Shown here piece after piece: positions 19,188-28,419 of a stretch of 56,503 nucleotides of DNA. The position numbers were made by a program, and so were the translations under genes. The stretch lies in the IMG/VR virus record IMGVR_UViG_3300042780_000007, one strand, 5' to 3'. Below the pieces are notes generated by a model. It saw nothing but the letters and a program-made list of their open reading frames with translations. It was not told the DNA's origin and searched no databases. Within the stretch, counting starts at the first letter, position 1, and every line of letters begins with the position of its first letter. The stretch comes from a virus.

Positions 19188-19748
19188 TTACTCTCCGTGT
19201 TGTTCTATAATTTCTCTGATCGCCTGATGAACGTCCATGATTGATTGATTACCATCTACCTTGTGATAAATTGGCATAAGTTGCCTACCAATCATGTAAT
19301 TCGCCAGCCTCTCGTACTCTTCTTTTACTCTTTCTTGGAACTCGACCTTGCCATATATATCGTCTTCGGTAACAAACGGGGTACCCGTAAGAATAATCAC
19401 GATATCTGTTTTGATATATGAATCAATAAGGTGATTAATCCTGTGTAGCCACTCCTCATCAAGTCCTTCAGCAATACCATAAGCGATGCCTGACTGGTAC
19501 CACCTGTCGAAGATTACCAGACCATCTGTTTGGTTTATCTTATGTTGTGTCTCAATCTTATTCAAGGTCATTAATGCCTGAAAAGACACAGGTTCATAGG
19601 GTAGGACTTTATTCAGGATTTCCCTGATTACCTTACCACTATAAAAATCCTCATCTGGGTACTTTACTTTTTTGGCTCCCATTCCTACAAGCAAATCTGC
19701 CTGTGTGGTCTTTCCTATTTTATCTGGTCCTTCAATTACTACACGCAT
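19188..19748 (-). CDS. tmk: Thymidylate kinase-family dNMP kinase
   Basis: VIEGPDKIGKTTQ P-loop; FDRWYQSGIAYG. Confidence 0.88.
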   Translation of the reverse strand: MRVVIEGPDKIGKTTQADLLVGMGAKKVKYPDEDFYSGKVIREILNKVLPYEPVSFQALMTLNKIETQHKINQTDGLVIFDRWYQSGIAYGIAEGLDEEWLHRINHLIDSYIKTDIVIILTGTPFVTEDDIYGKVEFQERVKEEYERLANYMIGRQLMPIYHKVDGNQSIMDVHQAIREIIEQHGE

Positions 19749-19752
19749 ATTA

Positions 19753-20169
19753 TTACCTCTTTATATAATCTGCAAGTCCGGTGGGTGTCAGTAGGAAAGG
19801 TACTCCATTAGTAGTCAGACCGGAGACATAATTGTCCCTTAGGAGTTTACTTTCCCTCATTACTTCTTCCACATAAGCAGGAGTTTTGAATGCTTCAACA
19901 GACATAGGCACATATACTGTTTTCTCAAAGTTGAATTTTCCATTCATCTTGTACAAGAGGCATTTGATAGGTACTTCGGGTTTCCTCAATTCATCGAAGA
20001 TGGGTTTTATTCTATCTTCAACTTGTTTCAAGAAGTAGAAGATTTCTTCATCACCAAAATTTACTGTAGCACCATGAGTATCTGTAACTGTCAGGTGTAT
20101 GTAGTTGTTTTCGGGATTGTCATCCCTCATCTTTCCAATGCTCATTTCAATGTTTCCTGATTCTACCAT
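19753..20169 (-). CDS. Hypothetical protein
   Basis: AGGTGA RBS; 138 aa. Confidence 0.65.
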   Translation of the reverse strand: MVESGNIEMSIGKMRDDNPENNYIHLTVTDTHGATVNFGDEEIFYFLKQVEDRIKPIFDELRKPEVPIKCLLYKMNGKFNFEKTVYVPMSVEAFKTPAYVEEVMRESKLLRDNYVSGLTTNGVPFLLTPTGLADYIKR

Positions 20170-20174
20170 TTAAA

Positions 20175-20291
20175 TCACCTTTTCGATCTCTTATCTTTAT
20201 GTCTTCTTTGTCTTTCGTGGTAGGCTGGTATGTTCGGCTTGATGGGGATGAGGGAGCGTAAAGAGCGTATCTTCTCTTTGCTTTCCAGCAT
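20175..20291 (-). CDS. Basic 38-aa protein (not in the ORF track)
   Basis: AGGTGAG RBS; MLESKEKIRSLRSLIPIKPNIPAYHERQRRHKDKRSKR; fills the gap between its neighbours. Confidence 0.5.
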   Translation of the reverse strand: MLESKEKIRSLRSLIPIKPNIPAYHERQRRHKDKRSKR

Positions 20292-20323
20292 ATCTCTCAC
20301 CTTATGCCAGCCTGCGCTGTGTC

Positions 20324-21286
20324 TTAGTCTTTATATTCATAAGGACAAGGGTTGTCAGGAGTATCTGTACAGTATCCCATATCCTTAATCCTATGACAAT
20401 TATAACACACCATTGCTCTGTCGTATATTATATCTAACTGCCCTTCGGCAATGCAATGATTGTATTTTTCAGGATTCCAGACCTTACTCAAATATTGAGC
20501 AATGGCATCCTTGGAGTATGCAAGTTCTACAAGAGAGGATATAATAATAAAACGTTGCCTGTTGTCCGGATTTGGACCGCACATCATACAATTTTTATTT
20601 ATATCTTCCTTGCGTACTTCAATATCATCCAGATCGATGTCTTTGGTATTATGTACCTTGTATTCTTCATCGAACTTGGACAGGTCGATACTCTTGCTTC
20701 CCACAAACATTCCCGAAGACAAGGGTTGTTGTTTTTTCGCCAGCGACCTTAGGGCTTGTAGGTCAAGCTCACGAAATTGTTGATCTGTTAAAGGAATACA
20801 AAAACACTGGGCTCCACCATTCCACGTATTAATCATTCTGACATGCTGGTTGGCATTTACACCTACAGCATCATCTTTCATAATACCAGCATTACTTTGA
20901 ATGTATTGCATGGCGTTTTTAATGGAAGCGGTGGGATACTGTATAGGTTTAGAATTGGTGGTGGTACACGACAAAACTATGTGGAGACCGCTTCCAGAAA
21001 GAATACGAAGTCTCTTCACATCATAGTCTTCTAAGAACCTATCGAGTTTACGTGCTTCTTCCAGTGGGTTATACCCTTTATCCGGATCAAAGTCAAATAA
21101 CAATTTATCAACCATTGCGGTCTCATAGACCGGTTTCCCATTATTGAGCCAGCCATAAGAATAAAGTGAAGTGCTTACCATATTGGATTTACCATTATGG
21201 GCATTCACGTAATCTCTCAATTCTTCCCATGAATGAACTATTCTTCTTTTACGGGAAACTTCTCTGGGAAATGAATTGTATAGCAT
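20324..21286 (-). CDS. Archaeo-eukaryotic primase (PriS-like) with a Cys-rich PriL-like C-terminus
   Basis: LLFDFD, SGSGLHI, HVRMINT; C-terminal C...CYNC...GYC...CP. Confidence 0.85.
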   Translation of the reverse strand: MLYNSFPREVSRKRRIVHSWEELRDYVNAHNGKSNMVSTSLYSYGWLNNGKPVYETAMVDKLLFDFDPDKGYNPLEEARKLDRFLEDYDVKRLRILSGSGLHIVLSCTTTNSKPIQYPTASIKNAMQYIQSNAGIMKDDAVGVNANQHVRMINTWNGGAQCFCIPLTDQQFRELDLQALRSLAKKQQPLSSGMFVGSKSIDLSKFDEEYKVHNTKDIDLDDIEVRKEDINKNCMMCGPNPDNRQRFIIISSLVELAYSKDAIAQYLSKVWNPEKYNHCIAEGQLDIIYDRAMVCYNCHRIKDMGYCTDTPDNPCPYEYKD

Positions 21287-22053
21287 TATAACATCTTTTC
21301 CATTTTCTTTACCTTACGCCATTCACTCTTTGAGCAATCCGCTCTGCACTCTTTTTTGTAATCGCACCACTTACAAAGAGGGGTGGGTACTCTTTCAAAG
21401 GCTCCCGTTTTGCGTATCTCCCATGCCTTCTGGATATGTTCGTCTAAACTCTTCCATAAGCGAGGACTGACTTTTTCGAAGAAGAATCCACCTTGCGGAT
21501 ACTTCTCCGACTCTCCAAGGAATAAAGCTCCAATGTACTCTGCGTCTATCATCCTTGCATAAAAGGCAGTCTCTATCCTGATGTTGGCGAGATTGTCTTT
21601 GAATTTCCCACTTTTGGTATCTATAACTGCTCTGGCACCACATTCTAAATCCCATACTGAATCGAGTGTTCCTATTTCATGATATCTACGTGCAACAACT
21701 TCCTGATAGGTAGGTGTTATATTAAATTTACCTCCAGTCATTCTGCAATAGATACGCATAAAGTTATTCATATAAGGCACATAATATTTGTCATGTTCCG
21801 GTAGCCAGTCTTCCAGTTTATCTACACCCACACGGAACGGATAATTCTTGAAGTTATCAAAAGTTTCCTCTACCAGTGAATGAATATGAGTACCTTTCTC
21901 TGCCAGATCATTTGTGTATTCTATACCAAGTTCATATCTATAATAATATGGCATTGTACACTTTTTTCTGGAAAGTGACATAAATTGTGATTTAGACATA
22001 AGGTCGGGGTCTTTATCATAACCCCTACGTTCTGCAGGTTTTCCAACAATCAT
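21286..22053 (-). CDS. Cas4-like PD-(D/E)xK exonuclease
   Basis: N-terminal Cys, GTHIH, DSVW...IDTKSG, C-terminal CKWCDYKKEC. Confidence 0.85.
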   Translation of the reverse strand: MIVGKPAERRGYDKDPDLMSKSQFMSLSRKKCTMPYYYRYELGIEYTNDLAEKGTHIHSLVEETFDNFKNYPFRVGVDKLEDWLPEHDKYYVPYMNNFMRIYCRMTGGKFNITPTYQEVVARRYHEIGTLDSVWDLECGARAVIDTKSGKFKDNLANIRIETAFYARMIDAEYIGALFLGESEKYPQGGFFFEKVSPRLWKSLDEHIQKAWEIRKTGAFERVPTPLCKWCDYKKECRADCSKSEWRKVKKMEKML

Positions 22054-22057
22054 AATA

Positions 22058-22480
22058 TCACCTATTTGGATTGTTTTTTTCCATCACGGATATTTTATCC
22101 TTAGGTGGCATTAATATGAATTCATTTACCTTAGATAAAATATTAAGTGTCATGCTTTTATCCGCAAATTCTTCATGTTCTTCACTTAATTCTCTTGATG
22201 GTATGCTTACATTTGTGATATATACTAATGTGTCTCCATTATATGTTATATCAATATGTTTTTGATTTTCCTTTGAGAATATGTCCAATTTTTTTGTCTC
22301 TATATCATAATCCCATATAATGCCAGCAAAGTGTCTAAAATTAGACATTAATTTAGTAAGTTCCTTTGCTTTTCCCATATAATGTGAATATTCAATAAGT
22401 GATTTATTCCATTCATCAAAACACTTTGGGTTAGGAGTTTCCAAACAATACATTGCGTATCCAAATTCTGGTGGTATCAT
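22058..22480 (-). CDS. Hypothetical protein
   Basis: Start moved to ATG 22480 after GGAGGT. Confidence 0.55.
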   Translation of the reverse strand: MIPPEFGYAMYCLETPNPKCFDEWNKSLIEYSHYMGKAKELTKLMSNFRHFAGIIWDYDIETKKLDIFSKENQKHIDITYNGDTLVYITNVSIPSRELSEEHEEFADKSMTLNILSKVNEFILMPPKDKISVMEKNNPNR

Positions 22481-22695
22481 AATACTACCTCCATTGTTAT
22501 TAATGCTGACAATATAAAACCAAGGACAAATCCACATGCAAACCAGAGAGCACGCTGTATATTTAAATATTTATACACCATACCGACAACTTTTGCTGGT
22601 TCTTCTGTATAGTATTGTTGCACTATGGTAGCAATATCCGTGTCTTCTCTAATCTCGTACTTTCTTTCATTACATAATTTACATGTTAATTTCAT
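22477..22695 (-). CDS. Small membrane protein
   Basis: C-terminal hydrophobic helix ALWFACGFVLGFILSALI. Confidence 0.6.
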   Translation of the reverse strand: MKLTCKLCNERKYEIREDTDIATIVQQYYTEEPAKVVGMVYKYLNIQRALWFACGFVLGFILSALITMEVVL

Positions 22696-22883
22696 TTAAT
22701 ATCACTTCCCATATTTTCAATCAACTCTTTATTTGTTTTAGGTTTTGGACAAGGTTCATTCGGCCTATATCTAGATAATAAAGGTTCGCATATCCATTCC
22801 CTTGTTATTTTATAACCTAAAATACATCTATTAAACTCCAAAGCCTTACAATCATTACAATTTTTCTTTTGTGAGATTTTCAT
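22692..22883 (-). CDS. Cys-rich small protein
   Basis: CNDC...C...CPKP; overlapping start and stop with neighbours. Confidence 0.6.
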   Translation of the reverse strand: MKISQKKNCNDCKALEFNRCILGYKITREWICEPLLSRYRPNEPCPKPKTNKELIENMGSDIK

Positions 22884-23320
22884 TGTATCAACTCTGAAGT
22901 CTCATAGATGTTGCCAACAATGGTTAAATATTCTGTCTTCAGTTCTTCATCCTCTTGGTCGTATATTGGAATCCATTCTCTACCAGTAGGATGTATTAAT
23001 TCAGGGTATATTGGATATATTCCTGCACATCCATATCTCCATTCAACTATATATAAAAATGGTTTTATACTACCATTAACTTTTATGTGTCCTTCCCTAT
23101 CACCATATATTTTTTCAACAATATCCCCTTCGTAAATCTCCGTGCCATTCTTATCATAAAGTCCTGTAAACGGCATTAATGTCATTTTATGCAGCATTCG
23201 TTCTTGAACACAATGTGTATCATCACGTAGATAAACTGTATCTGTATGCCATTCAATTCCCACAACTGTCCACATCCCTTTCTCAATTGTATCCCATGCT
23301 CTAAACTTAATTTCTCTCAA
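22880..23320 (-). CDS. YopX-family protein
   Basis: REIKFRAWD...MPFTGLYDKNGTEIYEGDIV...IVGNIYE. Confidence 0.9.
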   Translation of the reverse strand: MREIKFRAWDTIEKGMWTVVGIEWHTDTVYLRDDTHCVQERMLHKMTLMPFTGLYDKNGTEIYEGDIVEKIYGDREGHIKVNGSIKPFLYIVEWRYGCAGIYPIYPELIHPTGREWIPIYDQEDEELKTEYLTIVGNIYETSELIQ

Positions 23321-23709
23321 ATCATCACCCCATAAGTTATATCAATCTCTTTTATATCATAAATTTTTATAAGTGTAGCATCATTAATATAATATTGTTC
23401 TTCAATCTGTTCTCGAAATATTGATGCAGCCTCGTGCATATTTGGGGCAACAATTGTCTTATCGAATTCTTCTGATATTACATTATACATCTTCAATTTG
23501 CGCCCTTTATGAGTAGCATCAGTATCTTTTGTTTTCTCATCTTTCTGCCTCTCAAGATATTTATCATACACATCATTACTCATACGACATACTTTCACAT
23601 CCCAGTCCATTGACTAAACCATATACCCATACTCTTTTACAAGATTCTGGATAAAATTATGTATCTTGCTGTCAATTTCTTTTGATTCATTTACTTTAAT
23701 ATTGCTCAT
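23317..23709 (-). CDS. Hypothetical protein with an in-frame TAG at codon 32 (130 aa if read through)
   Basis: GAGTGA RBS and ATG 23709; 31 codons, TAG at 23614-23616, then TCA ATG in frame with track ORF 23317-23610. Confidence 0.55.
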
Positions 23710-23713
23710 TCAA

Positions 23714-24070
23714 TCACTCTTCCCTGTATAGGACGATGGTTGTCATCTTGTCATGTACATATGAAAGTACTTTGCTAATCCCCATTACCGTTGTAACGAA
23801 AATCACGGCGAGTCCTGTCGAAAGAGGAAGGGCTTCAGTAATTGTTCTTTTTGGGATGTTATTTGTGGCAAATATCCACCATATAGAATATATTACTGAA
23901 TATATGACGAATATAAGCACTAAAGAAAAGGCGATCCCTCTCAAAATACTCCACGGAGTGATGAAAATATCTCTATCAGGTTCTAATCCAGTATATATTC
24001 TATAAGAATATAACATCTCTTCTCCGAATATTGCTAACAATATGTTTTTAACTTTATCTGCAATTTTCAT
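23714..24070 (-). CDS. Membrane protein with two transmembrane helices
   Basis: Two long hydrophobic stretches. Confidence 0.65.
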   Translation of the reverse strand: MKIADKVKNILLAIFGEEMLYSYRIYTGLEPDRDIFITPWSILRGIAFSLVLIFVIYSVIYSIWWIFATNNIPKRTITEALPLSTGLAVIFVTTVMGISKVLSYVHDKMTTIVLYREE

Positions 24071-24513
24071 TCAATCAACTCTGGATTTTCGTAGATGTTT
24101 CCAATTATTTCTACTTCGCCTCGTGAAATATATCCACCTGCACAGGAATCTAATGTGACAAAATCACCGTTGCCTACTTCTACTGCCCACCTGCCACATT
24201 CCCATACAACATGTCGGATACACCACTGTTTATCATTACCGTTCAATGCTATTTTCACAACATCCCCTTCGTAAATCTCCTTGCCGTTTTTATCACGAAG
24301 TCCGGTGAATTGTCCAATTGTTTCAGGTTTGACTACATGTTTTACAGTACCAACAGCCAATGACTTTGTATCGTCATTATCAATAATCCATGTGTTATGG
24401 GGATCTTGTAGAACTCCTGAACCGTGCACCATTTTGGATTCAAATTTATGCCGCCCAAAATTTTTCGGCGGTTTTGTCATCGCTCTGAATTTAATTTCTC
24501 TCATTTTTTCCAA
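24067..24513 (-). CDS. YopX-family protein
   Basis: REIKFRA...GQFTGLRDKNGKEIYEGDVV...IIGNIYENPEL. Confidence 0.9.
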   Translation of the reverse strand: MEKMREIKFRAMTKPPKNFGRHKFESKMVHGSGVLQDPHNTWIIDNDDTKSLAVGTVKHVVKPETIGQFTGLRDKNGKEIYEGDVVKIALNGNDKQWCIRHVVWECGRWAVEVGNGDFVTLDSCAGGYISRGEVEIIGNIYENPELIE

Positions 24514-24802
24514 TCTCCTTCCATGTTTCCAGTGTAAGTTCTACAGAATCCCAGTTTGAAACCGCACGATCATCTATATAAATAGTTGCCCTGGGTTTGT
24601 CAAGCAGAATTTCGTCGTATGGAATATCATGTGCAATAAGAAATCCTATTATCTCGTTGTACCTCTCCACATTATTGGCAGTCCATATAGTTATATGCCA
24701 GCCTTCTTCACGGAGTTTCTGCATCATGGATTTAGAACGTGGGATTAACTCCCACGTATCTTCATCGCAGATTATTCCGTCAAAATCTACAACCGCTCTC
24801 AT
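24491..24802 (-). CDS. Cap-less HAD-superfamily phosphatase
   Basis: VDFDG (motif I), IWTA (II), KP (III), YIDDRA (IV). Confidence 0.85.
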   Translation of the reverse strand: MRAVVDFDGIICDEDTWELIPRSKSMMQKLREEGWHITIWTANNVERYNEIIGFLIAHDIPYDEILLDKPRATIYIDDRAVSNWDSVELTLETWKEIGKNERN

Positions 24803-24808
24803 GTTCCC

Positions 24809-25186
24809 TCATACCTTAATGTTATAATCTTCAAAATCCAGTTTTTCCTTGGACATAATTTCAAGTACAACATCCTCGGTTTCCGTATCAAAATCCCGAA
24901 TATCAGGATCGATTTCACCCATGTCACAACCAATGCGCCTGTGCCGATCTATGTCAGCCAATCCGGCTTCTTTTTTGAGTGCAAATATTTTGCCTTCAAT
25001 TGGTTGCTTTTTGACTTTCAGGTCTTCAATTTGCTGGTTGATTTCATCTCTCTGTTCATAAAGGTCAGCGTTATTCTCTTTGAATTCTTGTAATTTGGAT
25101 TTTACAAGTTCGCATCTTTTTTGTTCCCTACGCTGTCTGTACAACCTTTTTATGGATTCTCGCTGGTATTTGGGTGTTTTTGCCAT
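24809..25186 (-). CDS. Coiled-coil hypothetical protein
   Basis: GGAAGC upstream; charged helical pattern. Confidence 0.65.
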   Translation of the reverse strand: MAKTPKYQRESIKRLYRQRREQKRCELVKSKLQEFKENNADLYEQRDEINQQIEDLKVKKQPIEGKIFALKKEAGLADIDRHRRIGCDMGEIDPDIRDFDTETEDVVLEIMSKEKLDFEDYNIKV

Positions 25187-25187
25187 A

Positions 25188-25487
25188 TTATTGCTTCCTT
25201 ATTGGTTCGAAATCTTTGAAAATTTTGAATATTCCATCTTCTGATAAACGTACTTCGGTGTGTCTGGATTCAGTTTCAGATATAAATAAGGTAATTCCTT
25301 TCTTATCAACATGCAAGAATGGATACCTCTGCTTATTCTCTATCTCTGCCCTCATCACATTCAAACAGTTCTTACAGGTTACTTCATCGGGTTCCTCATT
25401 GATGAGGGCTTTCTCATTTAAATGAGCTCCGCACAATGCAGCACCATTCCTATTCATGTGTACCTTACGTACATGATTGCTAGTCAT
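25188..25487 (-). CDS. Hypothetical protein with a His/Cys metal site
   Basis: VH...ALCG...VTCKNC. Confidence 0.65.
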   Translation of the reverse strand: MTSNHVRKVHMNRNGAALCGAHLNEKALINEEPDEVTCKNCLNVMRAEIENKQRYPFLHVDKKGITLFISETESRHTEVRLSEDGIFKIFKDFEPIRKQ

Positions 25488-25489
25488 AT

Positions 25490-25750
25490 TTAATCTTCCT
25501 TCTCCAATGGTTCAAACGTTTTTCTGCCAATGGTTACCTTCTCCTTGGTTTCTTCTGCAAAGAAATTGAGCACTTTGGCAAGGAAAACTACCTGTTTCTT
25601 TTCAATAGCAGTTTCCCATTTAATATAATCATTTTCCGTCATACCAATAAGTATTTTACCACTATCATCTTCCTTTACAAGAATACTGCGATCTCCATGT
25701 CCGGAAGATACCATTACCTTGTTCCTATATTCATCTGGATTCATTTTCAT
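25490..25750 (-). CDS. Hypothetical protein
   Basis: 86 aa, tightly packed in the operon. Confidence 0.6.
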   Translation of the reverse strand: MKMNPDEYRNKVMVSSGHGDRSILVKEDDSGKILIGMTENDYIKWETAIEKKQVVFLAKVLNFFAEETKEKVTIGRKTFEPLEKED

Positions 25751-25899
25751 TTTCTTTTCTCCGGTTCTTCAAATTCAGTCTTACATTGCCTACATCTATA
25801 CTTGGGTTGTTTACGTACCCTTATGCGGAAATCGGCAGACTTACAGTTTGGGCAGGCAAGTCCGGAACTGTAAAGTTTGCCCTTTCTGAATTTTATCAT
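25747..25899 (-). CDS. Zn-ribbon protein, 50 aa (not in the ORF track)
   Basis: CPNC...YRCRQC; ATGA overlaps at both ends. Confidence 0.7.
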   Translation of the reverse strand: MIKFRKGKLYSSGLACPNCKSADFRIRVRKQPKYRCRQCKTEFEEPEKRK

Positions 25900-28244
25900 G
25901 TTAAGAAATCCGCCAATGATCGCTGTCCTATCAATCCATTAATATCCCAGCCCATGGAGGAATACAAAAATTCCAGCTTTTTCATTGTAGCATCTCTCAT
26001 TGCTTTATAATCTACAACTACTCCATCGGGTAGTGATGTATCCTCATCCACGGCAATGTAATTGGCTGGTGGATATTTGGAAGCTACCTTCTTGACCTTC
26101 ACATAAAAGGGTTTGGTGCCTTCCTTGAAGTTCGTATTCAGGTTCTCATTTGACCACATGGCTGCAACCGCACGGTAGTAAGATTCCGGATAGGCGTGCA
26201 AGGGCTTCTTGATTTCTGCCGGAACTCCAATCTCGGTTAATGGATATTGCCCTTTTTCTACCTTCTTCAATTCAGTAGAGTATTTCAAGTCCAATTCCCT
26301 CTTGGGCTTATAATTCAGAAGGTCAAGGATTAGCTCCTTCTGCAGGTTCCGTGCCAGAGGGGAAGAATCTGAACGAATAGCATCAAAACCCTTCACTTCT
26401 AGCGCAGAAGGATCATCCTCATCAAAGGTGGTACCGTCAATCCACCAAAGTTTGATGGCGTATCTGGTCTTGCCTGAAAAAATGCCGTTGCGTGCGACCT
26501 TTTCAAAGTCAATGTTCATTTTTGCATGTTCATATGGTATGTTATATTGGCGTAGATGGAGAGGGAATTTACTATTCAGGTGTTCCTTGACTTCATTGCC
26601 GACTTCAATCAACTTCTTGAGACTATTGTATTTGGTTACGAAACCTACCGAATCCGTGTGCCCGAATACCCACTGATATCCAAGTTTGTTGACCTCATGT
26701 CCGCAGAAGTCAATTACACCACGGGTAATGTGTGTTACAGCATTAGCAATCCTTACATCATAAAACTTACAATGCTTGTCGGCTACATCACCATATACCG
26801 TGTTAATTGCTACCTTGTATGCTTCACGGATTGCATTGGCAACCTTCCATTCTTTGGATTTGTACTTTTCTTTATCTCGCTTCTTGCCCCACTCGTCTTT
26901 CTTTTGAAAGATATCTTCAAGGAACGTCACGTATGCTCCCTTACGCACGTGGTGTGGCATGAAGCACGTACCCCCGATATCGATACAATCGTCAAGGGAC
27001 ACGCCTTCTGGGAGATTGGAGCCATCTTCATTTACCAATGTTTCTACAGACATATTACCGGACATCATGGAGAAGGGATAGGCAGAGGTCAAATCCTCAA
27101 ATATAACATTCTCATGAAGTCCTACAACTGGTGGTCGGGGTTCGGCACCTTTTACCTTGCCATGCTCGGAATCGTGGGATGGGTATATGAACTGTGGCAT
27201 TGCCCTACTCATGGCGGTTTCTACCATCTTGCCCGAATACAGGGTGTCTTCCAGATTGCAGCCAAAAATCCTATGGAAGGTAACATGAGAACTCAAGATT
27301 GAAAGTTCCCTGTCAAGGAGCATCATCTTGTCCACATCATGATAATTATACTCCAATACTTCATCCGGATTCCTTGCCCATGCACGAGCAAGATATGCTG
27401 CATTCAATCCATCATATTTGGCAAGTCCAAGTTCCCTTTCCAGAATATCATTCAGGGAATTTTTAATATATTTGCGCCTCTTCAGTCTCAAATATCCAGC
27501 TCTGTAATCAAAGAGTGCTACTCCTTTAATCTTGGCTTTGGGATTCCCATTAAAGTCCACGTTCACACTTACCGACTTCATTGGACTTATTGGGCTAATG
27601 TCAATATTCAAAGTGTTACACCGTCTGATTATGTAAACAATATCATAACCTAACAGGTTAAACCCTGCAATGACATCCGGACCGAATTTAGCAATATACT
27701 TTATCCAAGCATTCAACATCTCGGTCTCTGTGGGATACCAGTATTCAATCCTGCCTGCAGTATTGAACTTCTGGGCTTCCTTGATTGATGAGTGAAAGCA
27801 GAACTGCACGACCTTGCTGGAATGATTGAACTGGAAACCGATTATAATTATAGGCTCCGGTGCATCCATCATATACTTATTCGTGATGGGGGTATTATTG
27901 GAAGCTACCTCAATATCCAGTCCACAGACCAGAGGATCAGCTTTTTCTTCAAATCCTTCCTCTATTCTATCAATCCAGTATCGTGTGGTAAAGGGAGTCT
28001 TGGCTTCGTAGTGTCTGTCACCACGCAATTTGCCAATATCCTGTGCCATCTTACATTCGACTTTCTTGACTTTCACGCCATCCTTGGCAGTATAAACATC
28101 TCCCTCTTTGCATCCTTGCGGAGTAGGAACATCTACCGGAAGATAGAAGTAGGGGTGGAAATCCCACACTTCGTAGGACTTGCCTCCCCACGGAAATACT
28201 ACAATTCCCGATCTATCGTTCTTGACAACCTGCTCGATCTGCAT
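25896..28244 (-). CDS. polB: Family B DNA polymerase with 3'-5' exonuclease
   Basis: DIEV, GFNLLGYD, YNYHD exonuclease motifs; DLTSAYP, KVAINTVYG, FGHTDS, KTRY, VKGFDAIRSD. Confidence 0.95.
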   Translation of the reverse strand: MQIEQVVKNDRSGIVVFPWGGKSYEVWDFHPYFYLPVDVPTPQGCKEGDVYTAKDGVKVKKVECKMAQDIGKLRGDRHYEAKTPFTTRYWIDRIEEGFEEKADPLVCGLDIEVASNNTPITNKYMMDAPEPIIIIGFQFNHSSKVVQFCFHSSIKEAQKFNTAGRIEYWYPTETEMLNAWIKYIAKFGPDVIAGFNLLGYDIVYIIRRCNTLNIDISPISPMKSVSVNVDFNGNPKAKIKGVALFDYRAGYLRLKRRKYIKNSLNDILERELGLAKYDGLNAAYLARAWARNPDEVLEYNYHDVDKMMLLDRELSILSSHVTFHRIFGCNLEDTLYSGKMVETAMSRAMPQFIYPSHDSEHGKVKGAEPRPPVVGLHENVIFEDLTSAYPFSMMSGNMSVETLVNEDGSNLPEGVSLDDCIDIGGTCFMPHHVRKGAYVTFLEDIFQKKDEWGKKRDKEKYKSKEWKVANAIREAYKVAINTVYGDVADKHCKFYDVRIANAVTHITRGVIDFCGHEVNKLGYQWVFGHTDSVGFVTKYNSLKKLIEVGNEVKEHLNSKFPLHLRQYNIPYEHAKMNIDFEKVARNGIFSGKTRYAIKLWWIDGTTFDEDDPSALEVKGFDAIRSDSSPLARNLQKELILDLLNYKPKRELDLKYSTELKKVEKGQYPLTEIGVPAEIKKPLHAYPESYYRAVAAMWSNENLNTNFKEGTKPFYVKVKKVASKYPPANYIAVDEDTSLPDGVVVDYKAMRDATMKKLEFLYSSMGWDINGLIGQRSLADFLT

Positions 28245-28253
28245 TTTATTTCC

Positions 28254-28418
28254 TCACGCACTTGTAGTATATCCCTGATATGGATATTCTACATTTACAA
28301 TGGCAACACTGGCTTCAATGCCATCTTCCTCAAGGGCTTTTTTCAACAATTCCCTGATGTATGCTGGTGCGGTGTTTTCCTCGCCACCTTCTTCTATCCG
28401 TAGATCGAAGTACATCAT
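28254..28418 (-). CDS. Small acidic protein
   Basis: Start moved to ATG 28418 after AGGTGA. Confidence 0.55.
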   Translation of the reverse strand: MMYFDLRIEEGGEENTAPAYIRELLKKALEEDGIEASVAIVNVEYPYQGYTTSA

Positions 28419-28419
28419 A

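Noticed and set aside
21286-22053. CRISPR-Cas or anti-CRISPR system
   Set aside because: A solo Cas4-like nuclease is common in archaeal virus replication modules; no array or other cas genes were seen.
25896-28244. Inteins in PolB, NrdD, the helicase or TerL
   Set aside because: Lengths are normal or short, and I saw no Cys/Ser...His-Asn splice junctions or inserted endonucleases.
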